Assembly (NCBI GenBank): GCA_044222065.1
Contig: JBGAOA010000002.1
Coordinates: 83,115-147,114 of the forward strand
Direction of reading: 5' to 3'
Origin: Candidatus Eiseniibacteriota bacterium
GTDB lineage: Bacteria > Eisenbacteria > RBG-16-71-46
DNA: 64,000 nucleotides
Below are positions 48,800 to 58,980 of this stretch, piece by piece; the stretch's first letter is position 1, and each line of letters starts with the position of its first letter. The notes below the pieces were generated by a model. The model made no database searches. It saw only the letters and a list, made by a program, of their open reading frames with translations, and was not told the origin of the DNA. Made by a program: the position numbers and the translations under genes.

Positions 48800-50149
48800 A
48801 TGACCGCCACCACCACTCTGCCTGCCGGAGCCGCGCCCGGGGTCCGCCCACGGCGCGCCGTGCTCATCGACTTCGACTGGAGCGACGCGGACCTGATTCC
48901 GCAGCTCGTCCGCCAGCCGGGACTGTCCGTGCGCCTCGTCGCGGCCGAGCGGACCGAATCGCCGGGACTGCGCATCGCCGAGATGTGCGGCCTCCCGCGC
49001 ACGGTGGATCTCGCCGACCTCACGCGCGAGATCTTCGACGTCGCGCTCGTGAGCGAGCGCTCGAACCGCCGCACTCAGGTCGAGGGGCTTCTGCTCGCGC
49101 TCGGCACGCCGAGCGCGACGCCGCAGTCGTACCTGACGGGTTTCGGGCCCGACGCGAGCTCCGAACCCGCGATCGAAGCGCCGCTCGCGCTCCACGCCGC
49201 GGCGTTCGAGAACGCGATCGGCGGCGAGGCGTTCAGCGCGATCGTCGAACAGGCGCTCCCGGACCTCGCCGACGGCGCGCCCACGACGCCGATTCCGGTC
49301 GTGCCGCAGGGCTTGGGCCGCGTCGTGATCCGAAGCCTCGACGATTTTCCTTCTCCGGAAGACCGACTCGGACTCGAGAACGCGCTGCGCGAGATCGTGC
49401 GCCAGAGCGGCGCCGATGGGGCCGAGCTGTACGCGGGCAAGAGCGAGGACGTCGCGCTCGTCGCGCAGGTCGGTGAACAGGACCCGCTGCTCAAGGGTCT
49501 CGTGGACCTCGCGCTCAAGCTCGGCGAACCGCAGGTCGTCCGGCGCGTGAGCGGGCCCGCACAGGGAAAGCTGTGGGGCGCGTGGCCGTTCCGCACGACG
49601 CAGCACCACGGCGTTCTCGCCGCGGCCGCGATCGATCCGAAGCGCGGATGCAGCGAATGGGAGGGCATGCTCGAGGACCTGCGTTCGCGCTGGGATCGCA
49701 AGGACCGCGATCTCGCCGCCCCCGCGTTCCCGATGATGCCGGAGTCGCGGCCCGAGTGGCTAGACCCGAACGCGTTCGCCGAGTGCCTCGAGCTCGCGGT
49801 GGAGCGGAACGCGCGCGACGGGATGCGCTTCGCCGTCCACCGGCTCGAATTCGCGGACGCGCCGACCGCGCTGCAGGCGATGGTCGTTCGGCTGCCGGGC
49901 CAGGTCCGCGACACCGATTCGATCTGCCGGCCGAGCGCGCGCGAGCTCCTGATCCTGACCGCGGGGCCGGCCGTGGGGTTCCTCCACCTGCGCCGCCGGC
50001 TGCTCGCGCTGTGGGAGCAGTCGTGGCACGAAGGCCGGCTCGCGCCGCCGCCGCCGCCGGTCGTCGAGCAGCAGGTCGAGATGCAGTCGCCGGAAGAGGC
50101 CGCCGCGTTCCTCGCGAACGCGCGCCTCTGGCTCGGCGTCGAGCGCTGA
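48800..50149 (+). CDS. Hypothetical protein, possibly Rossmann-like + GAF-like + degenerate GGDEF-like
   Basis: Protein-like composition from ATG 48800; C-terminal LELAVERNARDGMRFAVHRL..QVRDTDSICR..ELLIL resembles a GGDEF-fold scaffold without the GGDEF motif. Confidence 0.7.
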   Translation: MTATTTLPAGAAPGVRPRRAVLIDFDWSDADLIPQLVRQPGLSVRLVAAERTESPGLRIAEMCGLPRTVDLADLTREIFDVALVSERSNRRTQVEGLLLALGTPSATPQSYLTGFGPDASSEPAIEAPLALHAAAFENAIGGEAFSAIVEQALPDLADGAPTTPIPVVPQGLGRVVIRSLDDFPSPEDRLGLENALREIVRQSGADGAELYAGKSEDVALVAQVGEQDPLLKGLVDLALKLGEPQVVRRVSGPAQGKLWGAWPFRTTQHHGVLAAAAIDPKRGCSEWEGMLEDLRSRWDRKDRDLAAPAFPMMPESRPEWLDPNAFAECLELAVERNARDGMRFAVHRLEFADAPTALQAMVVRLPGQVRDTDSICRPSARELLILTAGPAVGFLHLRRRLLALWEQSWHEGRLAPPPPPVVEQQVEMQSPEEAAAFLANARLWLGVER

Positions 50150-50215
50150 CGCGCTCCGGCGCTTGACCCTGTTCCGAAGCGTCGTGTAATGCTGGCCTCC
50201 TTCATGGAGGCCCTC

Positions 50216-52000
50216 GTGACCCGCCCCATCCGCCGGCTGCCCGCGGAGACCGCCTCGCGCATCGCGGCCGGGGAGGTCATCGAACGGCCGCTCTCGGCGC
50301 TCAAGGAAATCCTCGAGAACGCCCTCGACGCCGGCGCGACGCACGTGGACGTGCGCGTGGACGGCTCGCTCGACCGGCGATTCGTCGTGGCCGACGACGG
50401 CGGCGGCATCGCGGCCGCGGAGCTCGAACTGGCGCTCGAACGCCACGCGACGAGCAAGCTCGGGAGCCTCGACGACCTCGATCGTCTCGACACGCTGGGC
50501 TTCCGCGGCGAGGCGCTGCCGAGCATCGCCGCCGTGAGCCGCCTCGTGATCACGAGCCGCCCGCGCGACACGGACGCCGCCGCGACGGTGCGCGTCGATG
50601 GCGGCGCGGTCGTCGAGCGCGGCGCCGCGGCGCGCGCGCCCGGCACCACGGTCGAAGTCGCGGACCTGTTCTTCAACACCCCGGCGCGAAGGAAGTTCCT
50701 GTCGAGCGGCGCGGGCGAGCTGCGCGCCGCGATCCGCATGATCGAGGCGTACGCGCTCGGATATCCGGAAGTCGCGTTCCGGCTCGTGGTGGACGGGCGC
50801 GAGCGCTTCGACTGGGCGAAGGCCCCGAGCCGGCGCGAGCGCGCCTCCCAGCTCTGGGGCGCGCGCCACGCGACGCAGCTAATCGAGGCCGAAGGCGAGC
50901 GCGACGGCCTCCGGGTCGAGGCGCTGCTCGGCCAGCCGGAGCACGCGCGTGCGACGCGCGATGGCCAGATGGTGCTCGTCAATCGGCGCTGGGTGACGAG
51001 CCCGCTGCTCGCGCAGGCGGTGAGGCAGGCGTACGGAAACCTGCTTCCGGCCGGGCGCTTCCCAGCGTTCGTGCTCTGGCTCCACGTGCCGCCCGAGCGG
51101 CTCGACGTGAACGTGCATCCGACGAAGCGCGAAGTTCGCTTCGCGGTCGAGGACCCGGTCTTCACGCTCGTCGCGGGCGCCTGCGCGAAGCCGCTCGCGA
51201 CGCTCACGCCGCCGTTCCGCGTCGTGCACGGGGGCTCGGCCGACGCGCCGGCCTTCGCGGGCGCGCCGGCCGCGCCGCCGCCGCCCTCGCTCGGGCTCGT
51301 GTTCGACGCGCCGCGGCCCTCGACGGGCGAGGCCTACGCGGGCGAGCCGCACGCCGCGGCCGCGCCGCCCGGGGCGCCCGCGGGCACCGAGGCGATCGGC
51401 GGCGGTGCGCCGGCGAGCGCCGACGTGCAGGAGCCCGAGCTGTGGCAGCTCCACCGCACGTACATCCTCGCGCCGGTGCGCGGCGGCCTCGTGATCGTGG
51501 ACCAGCACGCGGCGCACGAACGCATCCTGTACGAAGAGGCGCGCGCGCGGCTCGAGGGCCAGCGCGGCGCGTCGCAGCAGCTGCTGTTCCCGGCGCTCGT
51601 GGACCTGTCGCGCGACCAGTTCGAGCTGCTGCTCGAACTCGGCCCGCACCTGCAGCTGCTCGGGTGGGACGTGTCGCCGCTCGGGCCCCCGACCGTCGTC
51701 GTCCAGGGCGTGCCGTCGGGGCTGCGTCACGAGGCTCCCGCGCGCTTCCTTCAGGACCTGCTCGACGGCATCGGGGATCACACCGGGCGCTCGGCCGACG
51801 AGGACGTCGTCGAGCGGCTCGCGCGCACGTACGCCTGCCACGCGGCGACGAAGGCGGGGGACGCGCTCTCGCAGAGCGAGATGCGGACGCTCGTGGACCG
51901 GTTGTTCGCGACGACGCGGCCGCACGGGGACCCGCACGGCCGGCCGACGTTCGTGCGCCTCGACCTGCAGGAGCTGCACCGCCGTTTCGGGCGCGCCTGA
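50216..52000 (+). CDS. mutL: DNA mismatch repair endonuclease MutL
   Basis: IAAGEVIERP..KEILENALDAGA, HATSK, GFRGEALPSI, DVNVHPTKREV, DQHAAHERILYE, ACHAA, PHGRP; GGAGG SD before GTG 50216. Confidence 0.97.
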   Translation: MTRPIRRLPAETASRIAAGEVIERPLSALKEILENALDAGATHVDVRVDGSLDRRFVVADDGGGIAAAELELALERHATSKLGSLDDLDRLDTLGFRGEALPSIAAVSRLVITSRPRDTDAAATVRVDGGAVVERGAAARAPGTTVEVADLFFNTPARRKFLSSGAGELRAAIRMIEAYALGYPEVAFRLVVDGRERFDWAKAPSRRERASQLWGARHATQLIEAEGERDGLRVEALLGQPEHARATRDGQMVLVNRRWVTSPLLAQAVRQAYGNLLPAGRFPAFVLWLHVPPERLDVNVHPTKREVRFAVEDPVFTLVAGACAKPLATLTPPFRVVHGGSADAPAFAGAPAAPPPPSLGLVFDAPRPSTGEAYAGEPHAAAAPPGAPAGTEAIGGGAPASADVQEPELWQLHRTYILAPVRGGLVIVDQHAAHERILYEEARARLEGQRGASQQLLFPALVDLSRDQFELLLELGPHLQLLGWDVSPLGPPTVVVQGVPSGLRHEAPARFLQDLLDGIGDHTGRSADEDVVERLARTYACHAATKAGDALSQSEMRTLVDRLFATTRPHGDPHGRPTFVRLDLQELHRRFGRA

Positions 52001-52006
52001 GGTCCC

Positions 52007-52927
52007 ATGGCGCTCGTGCTCGCGATCGTCGGCGCGACCGCCACCGGCAAGACCGCGGTCGCGGAGGCGCTCGCGCGCGAGCTCGGCGCCGAGATCGTGT
52101 GCGCGGACTCGCGGCAGGTCTATCGCGATCTCGACGTCGGCACGGGCAAGCCCACGAAGCGCGAGCGCGCGGGGCTCCCGCACCGGCTGTTCGACGCGCT
52201 CGAGCTGCACGACGCGGCCAGCGCGGGCTGGTATGCGCGCACGGCGTCGGCGGCGTGCGCCGAGGTGCACGCGGCGGACAAGCTCCCGATCCTGGTCGGC
52301 GGCTCGGGCCTGTACCTGCGCGCCGCGTACGAGGGCCTGTCGCAGGCGCCACCGCGTGACGAAGCGATCCGCGCGCGATTGCGCGAGGCGCAGCGCGCGC
52401 TCGGCACGCCCGCGATGCACGAGCGCCTCGCCGTGCTCGACGCCGAGACGGCGGCGCGCCTCGCGCCCGGCGACACCCAGCGCGTGCTGCGCGCACTCGA
52501 GGTCGCCGAGGCGAGCGGCCGCCCGCTGTCGTGGTGGCACCGCCAGCCGCCCACGATCCGCGTCGAGGGGGAGTGGCGCGTCGTCGAGCTGACGGCGGAG
52601 CCCGAGACGCTCGAGCGGCGCATCGAGACGCGCACGCGCGAGATGTTCGACCGCGGACTCCTGGACGAAGTGAGGCTCGTGCGGGAATCGGGACGCGAGG
52701 CGGAACTGCGCGCGCTGCGCGCCGTCGGCTACGACGAGGCGCTCGAGCTCGCCGCCGGGACGATCGATCGTGCCGAGGCGGAGGCGCGCACGAACCTGCG
52801 CACGCGCCAGCTCGCGAAACGGCAGCGGACGTGGTTCCGGAATCAGATCGACGCGCACCGGCTCGCGACCGACGACGGTCGCCTCGGGCTCCTCGTGCGG
52901 GCGGTGCGACGCGTCTTCGGCGTGTGA
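52007..52927 (+). CDS. miaA: tRNA dimethylallyltransferase
   Basis: GATATGKT, ADSRQVYRDLDVGTGKP, VGGSGLY, RVLRALEV, TRQLAKRQRTWF; mutL-miaA synteny. Confidence 0.96.
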   Translation: MALVLAIVGATATGKTAVAEALARELGAEIVCADSRQVYRDLDVGTGKPTKRERAGLPHRLFDALELHDAASAGWYARTASAACAEVHAADKLPILVGGSGLYLRAAYEGLSQAPPRDEAIRARLREAQRALGTPAMHERLAVLDAETAARLAPGDTQRVLRALEVAEASGRPLSWWHRQPPTIRVEGEWRVVELTAEPETLERRIETRTREMFDRGLLDEVRLVRESGREAELRALRAVGYDEALELAAGTIDRAEAEARTNLRTRQLAKRQRTWFRNQIDAHRLATDDGRLGLLVRAVRRVFGV

Positions 52928-52939
52928 TCCGGCCCGCGA

Positions 52940-52969
52940 TTGACAGCCCGAAGGGAGTGGCACTAGCTT
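52940..52969 (+). promoter_or_regulatory. Promoter TTGACA-N18-TAGCTT for tRNA-Gly
   Basis: Perfect -35 at 52940-52945; -10 at 52964-52969, 30 nt before the tRNA. Confidence 0.7.
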
Positions 52970-52998
52970 CACGCCCGACTTCAACTCACGCATCCAAA

Positions 52999-53074
52999 GC
53001 GGGCATAGCTCAGTTGGTAGAGCGCGAGCTTCCCAAGCTTGAGGTCGCGGGTTCGAACCCCGTTGCCCGCTCCA
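52999..53074 (+). tRNA. tRNA-Gly(CCC)
   Basis: GCGGGCA/TGCCCGC acceptor stem, anticodon arm CGAGC-TTCCCAA-GCTTG, GTTCGAA T-loop, encoded CCA. Confidence 0.97.
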
Positions 53075-53145
53075 TTCGTCGGTCCTCGAGCTTCGGCGCG
53101 CCCGTCCGCGGAACACCCTGGGGGGCGCGCCGCACCGTTTCCCGC

Positions 53146-54456
53146 ATGCCCGCACCCGTCGTCGCCATCATCGGCCGTCCGAACGTCGGCAAGTCCACGT
53201 TCTTCAACCGCATCCTCGGAGAGCGGCGGGCGGTCGTGCACGACCGCCCGGGCATCACGCGCGACCGCAACACCGCGCGCGCCGAGTGGACGGGCCGCTC
53301 GTTCGTGCTCGTGGACACGGGCGGCTTCCTGCCGTCGTCGTCCGAGGGCCGCGACGTCGAAGTGCGGCGGCAGGCGGAGACCGCGATCGCGATCGCCGAC
53401 CTCGTCGTGTTCCTCGTGGACGCGAAGACCGGCGCCACCGACCTCGACGCGGCGATTGGCAAGGGCCTCCGCAAAGCCGCCGTGCCGCACCTGCTCGTGG
53501 TCAACAAGGTGGACAAGCCGAACGATCCCGTCGCCCACGAGTTCCACCGCCTCGGGCTCGGCGATCCGATTCCGATCTCGTCCGAGAACGGCACGGGCAT
53601 CGGCGACCTGCTCGACGAGATCGTGAAGCGTCTGCCGGAGGTGCGGGAGCGGGCGGAGAAGCCGCTCGGACGCGTCGCGATCGTCGGCCGGCCGAACGTC
53701 GGCAAGTCCTCGATCGTGAACGCGCTCCTCGGCGAGCGGCGCATGATCGTGGAGCCGCGCCCGGGCACGACGCTCGATCCGATCGATTCCGAATGGCGCA
53801 CGGAACACGGGCTGTTCCTGCTCGTGGACACGGCCGGCATCCGCCGCCAGGCGCAGTTCGCCGACCAGGCCGAGTTCTACGCGGTCCTGCGCGCACTGCA
53901 GGCGCTCGAGCGCGCCGACGTCGTGTGCCTCGTCGTGGACGTGATGCAGGGCTTCGACAAGCAGGACGCGCGTCTCGCCCACGAGGCGATGGACGCCGGG
54001 TGCACGCTGCTCGTGCTCTACAACAAGTGGGACCTCGTGGAAGAACGCGAAATGCGCTGGAAGGAGATTCTGGCGGCGCGGGCGTCCAAGTTCCCCACGC
54101 TCGCCGACCTGCCGAGCATGCCGCTCTCGGCGACGAGCGGGCTGCACCTGCACCGGCTGTCGCTCGCGATCGAGAAGCGCCTCGCCGAACACCGGCGCAA
54201 GGTCCCGACCGCGAAGCTCAACGACTGGCTGAAGGGCGCGCAGCGCGAACGCGCGGTGCCGAGCACGCGCGCCGGACACGCGCCGAGGATCTACTACGCG
54301 ACGCAGACCGGCATCGGTCCGCCGGAGATCACGCTGTTCGTGAACCACCCGTCGAAGCTGTCGGACAACTACCGCCGCTACCTGCACCAGCACTTCTGCC
54401 GCACGTTCGAGTTCGAGGGCGTGCCGGTGCGGATGCGCGTGAGGAAGAGCGAGTGA
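53146..54456 (+). CDS. der: Ribosome biogenesis GTPase Der (EngA)
   Basis: Two G domains (GRPNVGKST/DTGG/NKVD and GRPNVGKSS/DTAG/NKWD) and a KH-like C-terminus. Confidence 0.96.
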   Translation: MPAPVVAIIGRPNVGKSTFFNRILGERRAVVHDRPGITRDRNTARAEWTGRSFVLVDTGGFLPSSSEGRDVEVRRQAETAIAIADLVVFLVDAKTGATDLDAAIGKGLRKAAVPHLLVVNKVDKPNDPVAHEFHRLGLGDPIPISSENGTGIGDLLDEIVKRLPEVRERAEKPLGRVAIVGRPNVGKSSIVNALLGERRMIVEPRPGTTLDPIDSEWRTEHGLFLLVDTAGIRRQAQFADQAEFYAVLRALQALERADVVCLVVDVMQGFDKQDARLAHEAMDAGCTLLVLYNKWDLVEEREMRWKEILAARASKFPTLADLPSMPLSATSGLHLHRLSLAIEKRLAEHRRKVPTAKLNDWLKGAQRERAVPSTRAGHAPRIYYATQTGIGPPEITLFVNHPSKLSDNYRRYLHQHFCRTFEFEGVPVRMRVRKSE

Positions 54457-55097
54457 GCGCGCCGCCCGCGCTGGCGCTCGCCGGCACGCTCGGCCTCGCC
54501 TACCTGTCGGGCGCGCTGCCGTGGGGGCTGTGGCTCGGTCGCGCGCTTCGCGGCGTGGACGTGCGGACGCTCGGCTCGGGCAACCTCGGCGCGACGAACG
54601 TCTATCGCTCCCTCGGTCCCGGCATCGGCGTCGCGACGCTCGTGCTCGACATCCTGAAGGGCGCGGTCCCGGTGTGGGGGCTCGGCGCGCTGTTCGGCGC
54701 GTCGTTCCCGCTCGGTCCGGAGTGGTGCCGGCTCGCCGCCGGACTCGCCGCCGTGTGCGGCCACGTCTGGACGGTGTTCGCGGGGTTCAAGGGCGGGAAG
54801 GGGGTCGCGACCACCGTCGGCGTGCTGCTCGCGCTCGACCCGGCGGCGTTCGGCGTGTTCGTCGGAGTGTTCGTCGTGACGCTGCTCGTGACGCGCTACG
54901 TCTCGCTCGGCTCGATCCTCGGCTCGGTCGCGTTCGCCGGCACGCTCGCGTGGCGATCCGGTTTCCGCGCAGGGCCCACGGTCGTGTTCGGCGTGCTCGT
55001 CGCGCTGCTCGTGATCGCGCGTCATCGCGACAACATCGCGCGCCTCGCGCGCGGCGAGGAGCGACGGTTCCAGTTCAAGGGAGGGAAGTCCGCATGA
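54453..55097 (+). CDS. plsY: Glycerol-3-phosphate 1-O-acyltransferase
   Basis: GSGNLGATNVYR, DILKG, GH..FKGGKGVAT, HRDNIARL. Confidence 0.96.
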   Translation: MSAPPALALAGTLGLAYLSGALPWGLWLGRALRGVDVRTLGSGNLGATNVYRSLGPGIGVATLVLDILKGAVPVWGLGALFGASFPLGPEWCRLAAGLAAVCGHVWTVFAGFKGGKGVATTVGVLLALDPAAFGVFVGVFVVTLLVTRYVSLGSILGSVAFAGTLAWRSGFRAGPTVVFGVLVALLVIARHRDNIARLARGEERRFQFKGGKSA

Positions 55098-56083
55098 GCG
55101 TCGTCGCGGTGCTGGGCGCGGGATCCTGGGGCACGACGCTCGCCGTGCACCTCGCCGGCGCGGGACACGAGGTGCGGTTGTGGGGGAACGACCCCTCGGA
55201 CCTCGCCGCGATCGAGCGCGACCGCGAGAACCGCAAGTTTTTGGCTGGCATCCCCGTACCCGCGGGGATTAAGGTTCAGGCGGAACTCGAAGCCGCCTTG
55301 CACGGCGCCGGGTTCGCGCTGTTCGTCGTGCCGTCGCAGGCCGTCCGCGAGGTGGCGGGCCGGGTGCGCGGCAGCGGCTTCCGCGGCATCCCGGTGTGCG
55401 CGAGCAAGGGCCTCGAACTCGGAACCCTGCGGCGCCTGACCGAGGTGCTCGAGGAGTCGCTCGGCGACGCGGCGCCGGTGGCCCTGATCGGACCCAGTCA
55501 CGCCGAAGAGGTCAGCAAGGGCATTCCGACGTCCGTCGTCGCGGCGTCGCGGCAGGAAGAGCGGTCGCGGGCCGTGCAGCAGTTGTGCTCGACGCCGCGC
55601 TTCCGGGTGTACACGAACGATGACGTCGCCGGATGCGAGACCGGCGCCGCGCTCAAGAACGTGATCGCGATCGCGGCGGGCGTGTGCGACGGGCTCGGAT
55701 TCGGGGACAACACGAAGGGCGCGCTGCTGACGCGCGGCCTCGCCGAGATCTCCCGGCTTGGCGTGGCGCTCGGCGGACGGCGCGAGACGTTCTTCGGACT
55801 GACCGGCATGGGCGACCTGATCGCGACCGCGATGAGCCGCCACAGCCGGAACCGTCACGTGGGCGAGCGGCTCGGAAAGGGCGAAACGCTGGAGGCGATC
55901 CTCGGTGCCATGGTCATGGTCGCCGAAGGCGTGAACACCGCGCGGGCCGCGCGCGACCTCGGGGGACAGGCCGGGGTGGAACTACCCATCACGCGAGAGG
56001 TGTGCGCGATCCTGTTCGAATCGCGCTCGCCGATCGATGCGATTCAGGCGCTCATGACTCGGGACCTGAAACGCGAGAGTTGA
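55094..56083 (+). CDS. gpsA: NAD(P)H-dependent glycerol-3-phosphate dehydrogenase
   Basis: [43 protein letters not shown]. Confidence 0.96.
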   Translation: MSVVAVLGAGSWGTTLAVHLAGAGHEVRLWGNDPSDLAAIERDRENRKFLAGIPVPAGIKVQAELEAALHGAGFALFVVPSQAVREVAGRVRGSGFRGIPVCASKGLELGTLRRLTEVLEESLGDAAPVALIGPSHAEEVSKGIPTSVVAASRQEERSRAVQQLCSTPRFRVYTNDDVAGCETGAALKNVIAIAAGVCDGLGFGDNTKGALLTRGLAEISRLGVALGGRRETFFGLTGMGDLIATAMSRHSRNRHVGERLGKGETLEAILGAMVMVAEGVNTARAARDLGGQAGVELPITREVCAILFESRSPIDAIQALMTRDLKRES

Positions 56084-56101
56084 ACGAGGAGGACGAGGGA
56101 C

Positions 56102-56494
56102 GTGACCCCGATCCGACCCACGACCGAAACCGAAGGCAAGCTGTACCGCTCGATCTCGGAAGTCAGCGAGATGCTCGACGTGAAGCCGCACGTGCTCCGC
56201 TACTGGGAGACGCAGTTCTCGATGCTGCGGCCGAAGAAGAACCGCGCGGGCAACCGCATGTACCGCCCGGACGAGCTGAAGCTGCTCTACCGCATCAAGG
56301 AACTGCTCTACGACCGCCGCTACACGATCGAGGGCGCGCGCAAGACGCTGCTCGACGAGCGACGCGAGGCGCCTGAGCAGGTCGAGATGGGATTCACCGA
56401 CGCGCTGAAGAAAGTGGCGCTGCACGAAGTTCGCGAGGAACTCCAGCGCATCGTCGTCCAGCTCCGCGACCGCGAGCCGGCGCTGCGTCGCTGA
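56102..56494 (+). CDS. MerR-family HTH protein
   Basis: KLYRSISEVS..HVLRYWETQF..PKKNRAGNRMY..YTIEGARK; typical position upstream of tRNA-Pro(GGG). Confidence 0.93.
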   Translation: MTPIRPTTETEGKLYRSISEVSEMLDVKPHVLRYWETQFSMLRPKKNRAGNRMYRPDELKLLYRIKELLYDRRYTIEGARKTLLDERREAPEQVEMGFTDALKKVALHEVREELQRIVVQLRDREPALRR

Positions 56495-56582
56495 GACGCT
56501 CTGAAGGCGCGCCGCGCACTTGCGCCGCGCCCGTGCGCTCTCGTAGATTCGCGCGGCTTGCGGCCCCTCGGGGCCCGGCGGT

Positions 56583-56659
56583 CGGGGCGTAGCGCAGCCT
56601 GGTAGCGCACCTGCATGGGGGGCAGGTGGTCGCTGGTTCAAATCCAGTCGCCCCGACCA
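56583..56659 (+). tRNA. tRNA-Pro(GGG)
   Basis: CGGGGCG/CGCCCCG acceptor stem, arm CCTGC-ATGGGGG-GCAGG, GTTCAAAT T-loop, CCA; promoter TTGCGC-N18-TAGATT at 56520-56549. Confidence 0.95.
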
Positions 56660-56729
56660 TTTCCTTTTCCCCGCTCGCGCCCGCGACGCCCCCCGTTCGG
56701 CGCGCGGGCGGAAGGCCCGCGCACCGCCG

Positions 56730-57533
56730 ATGCCCTCGCTGTTCGCCTATCGCCTCGCGGCCTGGCTCGCCCGCGCGCTGCCGCGCCGCGCCGGCGACGC
56801 GCTCGGACGCGCGCTCGCGCGGCTCGCGTTCGCGCTCCGGGTGCCCGCGCGCCCGATCGCCGTCGCGAACCAGGCCCGGCTCGCGGCCCCGGGGGAGGCG
56901 GACGCGCGCGCGCGGGCCTCGTTCGAGCACTTCGCGGTCGCGTTCGCCGACTTCCTGCGCCTGGACGGGCTCGCCCCGGACGGCGTCGCCGCTGCCGTCG
57001 AGGTTCGCGCCGCCGATCACTTCGAGGCCGCGCGTCGTTCGGGCCGCGGCGTCATCGTTCTGTCCGCGCACGTCGGGAACTGGGAGTGGGGCGCGGCGTG
57101 GCTCGCCGCGCGCGGCGCGCGCGTCCACGTCGTCGCGCGGCCGCACGGCGACGCGAGAGTGGACGCGTTCTTCGACGAGCGCCGGCGCCGCTGGGGCATC
57201 GAGCGGCTCACGGGCGCGTCCGTGTGGACGCGGGCCGCTGCGGCGCTCCGGCGGGGCGAGTGCCTCGCCGTGATGGGCGACCGGCCCGCGCTCGGGCCGA
57301 CGCGTTCGGCGTGCGGGTGGGCCGCCTCGCTCGCGCGCCGCACGGGCGCGGTGATCGTTCCGGCGCTCGTCGTGCGCACCGGGCCCGGCCGCTATGCCGC
57401 GTGCTTCGAGCCACCGCTCGATCCGGACGAAGCGCGCGCCGGCGGTTTCGCGCGCGTGCTCGAGCGCTACGTCACGCGCTACCCCGAGCAGTGGTGCGCG
57501 TTCGCGCCGCTCCCCGAGAGCCTGGGCGCGTGA
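56730..57533 (+). CDS. Lysophospholipid acyltransferase (LpxL/HtrB or PIM-acyltransferase family)
   Basis: GRGVIVLSAHVGNWEW, MGDR, LARRTGAVIVP, YPEQW. Confidence 0.88.
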   Translation: MPSLFAYRLAAWLARALPRRAGDALGRALARLAFALRVPARPIAVANQARLAAPGEADARARASFEHFAVAFADFLRLDGLAPDGVAAAVEVRAADHFEAARRSGRGVIVLSAHVGNWEWGAAWLAARGARVHVVARPHGDARVDAFFDERRRRWGIERLTGASVWTRAAAALRRGECLAVMGDRPALGPTRSACGWAASLARRTGAVIVPALVVRTGPGRYAACFEPPLDPDEARAGGFARVLERYVTRYPEQWCAFAPLPESLGA

Positions 57534-58237
57534 ACGTCGCGGCGCTCATCCCGGCCTACCAGGCGGCGGCGCACCTCGGCGAGGTGCTGCTCGGACTCGC
57601 GGCGCTGCCCGAGCCGCCGGACGTGCTCGTCGTGGACGACGGCTCGCGCGATGGCACCGCCGAGGTCGCGCGCACGTTCGGAGCGCGCGTGCACTCGTTC
57701 GCGGCGAACCGCGGCAAGGGGGCGGCGCTGCTCGCGGGCTTCGAGGCGCTCGCGGATCGCGACGCGATCGTGACGCTCGACGCCGACGGCCAGCACCCGC
57801 CCGCGTGCTATCCGGAATTCGTCGCCGCGGCGCGCGCCGGGGCCGATCTCGTGATCGGCGCGCGCGCGCGCACGCCGGACATGCCGGCCTCGCGGCGGTT
57901 CGCGAACGCGTTCTCGTCGGGGTGGACGAGCGCGATCGCGGGCCAGCGCATCACGGACAGCCAGTGCGGCTACCGGCTCTATCGCCGCGAGCTGCTGCGC
58001 CGCGTGCCGTCCACTCCGGGGCGCTTCGAGTTCGAGACCGAGATCGCGGTGCGCGCGGCACGGCTCGGCTTTCGCGTCGCCGAGGTCACGAGTCCGACGG
58101 TCTACGGCGAGGAACGCAGCCAGATCCGCACGATGCGCGACGTGCCGCGCATCGTCGGGACGCTCGTGCGTCTGACGGTCGAGCGCGCGCTGCCGCCGGC
58201 GGCGATGCGCGCGGCGCGCGCGGGGGAGACGCGGTGA
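57530..58237 (+). CDS. Family 2 glycosyltransferase (DPM1-like)
   Basis: LIPAYQ, VVDDGSRDGT, NRGKGAAL, TLDADGQH, DSQCGYRLY, FEFETE. Confidence 0.92.
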   Translation: MNVAALIPAYQAAAHLGEVLLGLAALPEPPDVLVVDDGSRDGTAEVARTFGARVHSFAANRGKGAALLAGFEALADRDAIVTLDADGQHPPACYPEFVAAARAGADLVIGARARTPDMPASRRFANAFSSGWTSAIAGQRITDSQCGYRLYRRELLRRVPSTPGRFEFETEIAVRAARLGFRVAEVTSPTVYGEERSQIRTMRDVPRIVGTLVRLTVERALPPAAMRAARAGETR

Positions 58238-58980
58238 ACATCCTGGTCACGAACGACGACGGCATCTTCTCGCCCGCGCTCCCGGCGCTGCGCGCGGCGC
58301 TCGCGCCGCTCGGACGCGTCATGATCGTCGCGCCCGACCGCGACCAGAGCGCGACGTCCCACTCGCTCACGCTGCACCGGCCGTTCCGGATCCAGCGGCG
58401 CGAGACCGACGTCTACAGCGTGGACGGCACTCCGACGGACTGCGTCGTGTGCGCGTGGTACGGCCTGCTCGACGCGACACCCGATCTCGTCGTGTCCGGC
58501 ATCAATCACGGGCCGAACATGGGAGAGGACGTGTTCTACTCGGGCACGGTCGCGGCTGCGATCGAAGGTACGATCCAGGGCGCCCCCTCGATCGCGGCCT
58601 CGCTCGTGACGCGTCAGCTCACCGACTTCGCCGAACCGGCCGCGTTCATCGGCCGCCTCGCGCGCGAGGTCGCCGAGCGGGGACTCCCGCGCCGGCGGCT
58701 GCTCAACGTGAACATGCCGTTCCGCCCGTGGTCCGAGATCGCGGGCGTGCAGCTCACGCGGCTCGGCAGCCGCCGCTACCACGACACGCTCGTCCGCAAG
58801 GTGGATCCGCGCGGGCGGGAGTACTTCTGGATCGGCGGACAGGACGCCGAGTGGGAGTCCATCCCGGGCTCGGACTTCCGCGCCGTACACGAGGGCTTCG
58901 TGTCCGTGACGCCGTTGTCGCTCGAGCTCACGGACGACGGCGCCCTCGGCGAGCTCGAGTCGTGGTCGCTCGTGCCGTGA
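58234..58980 (+). CDS. surE: 5'/3'-nucleotidase SurE
   Basis: ILVTNDDGI, APDRDQSATSHSLT, GTPTDCV, SGINHGPNMG, YSGTVAAA, VSVTPL. Confidence 0.97.
   Translation: MNILVTNDDGIFSPALPALRAALAPLGRVMIVAPDRDQSATSHSLTLHRPFRIQRRETDVYSVDGTPTDCVVCAWYGLLDATPDLVVSGINHGPNMGEDVFYSGTVAAAIEGTIQGAPSIAASLVTRQLTDFAEPAAFIGRLAREVAERGLPRRRLLNVNMPFRPWSEIAGVQLTRLGSRRYHDTLVRKVDPRGREYFWIGGQDAEWESIPGSDFRAVHEGFVSVTPLSLELTDDGALGELESWSLVP

Noticed and set aside
53755..53790. Der second G2 motif GTTLD instead of GTTRD
   Set aside because: A single substitution with the conserved Thr and all other motifs intact; too weak to claim altered function.
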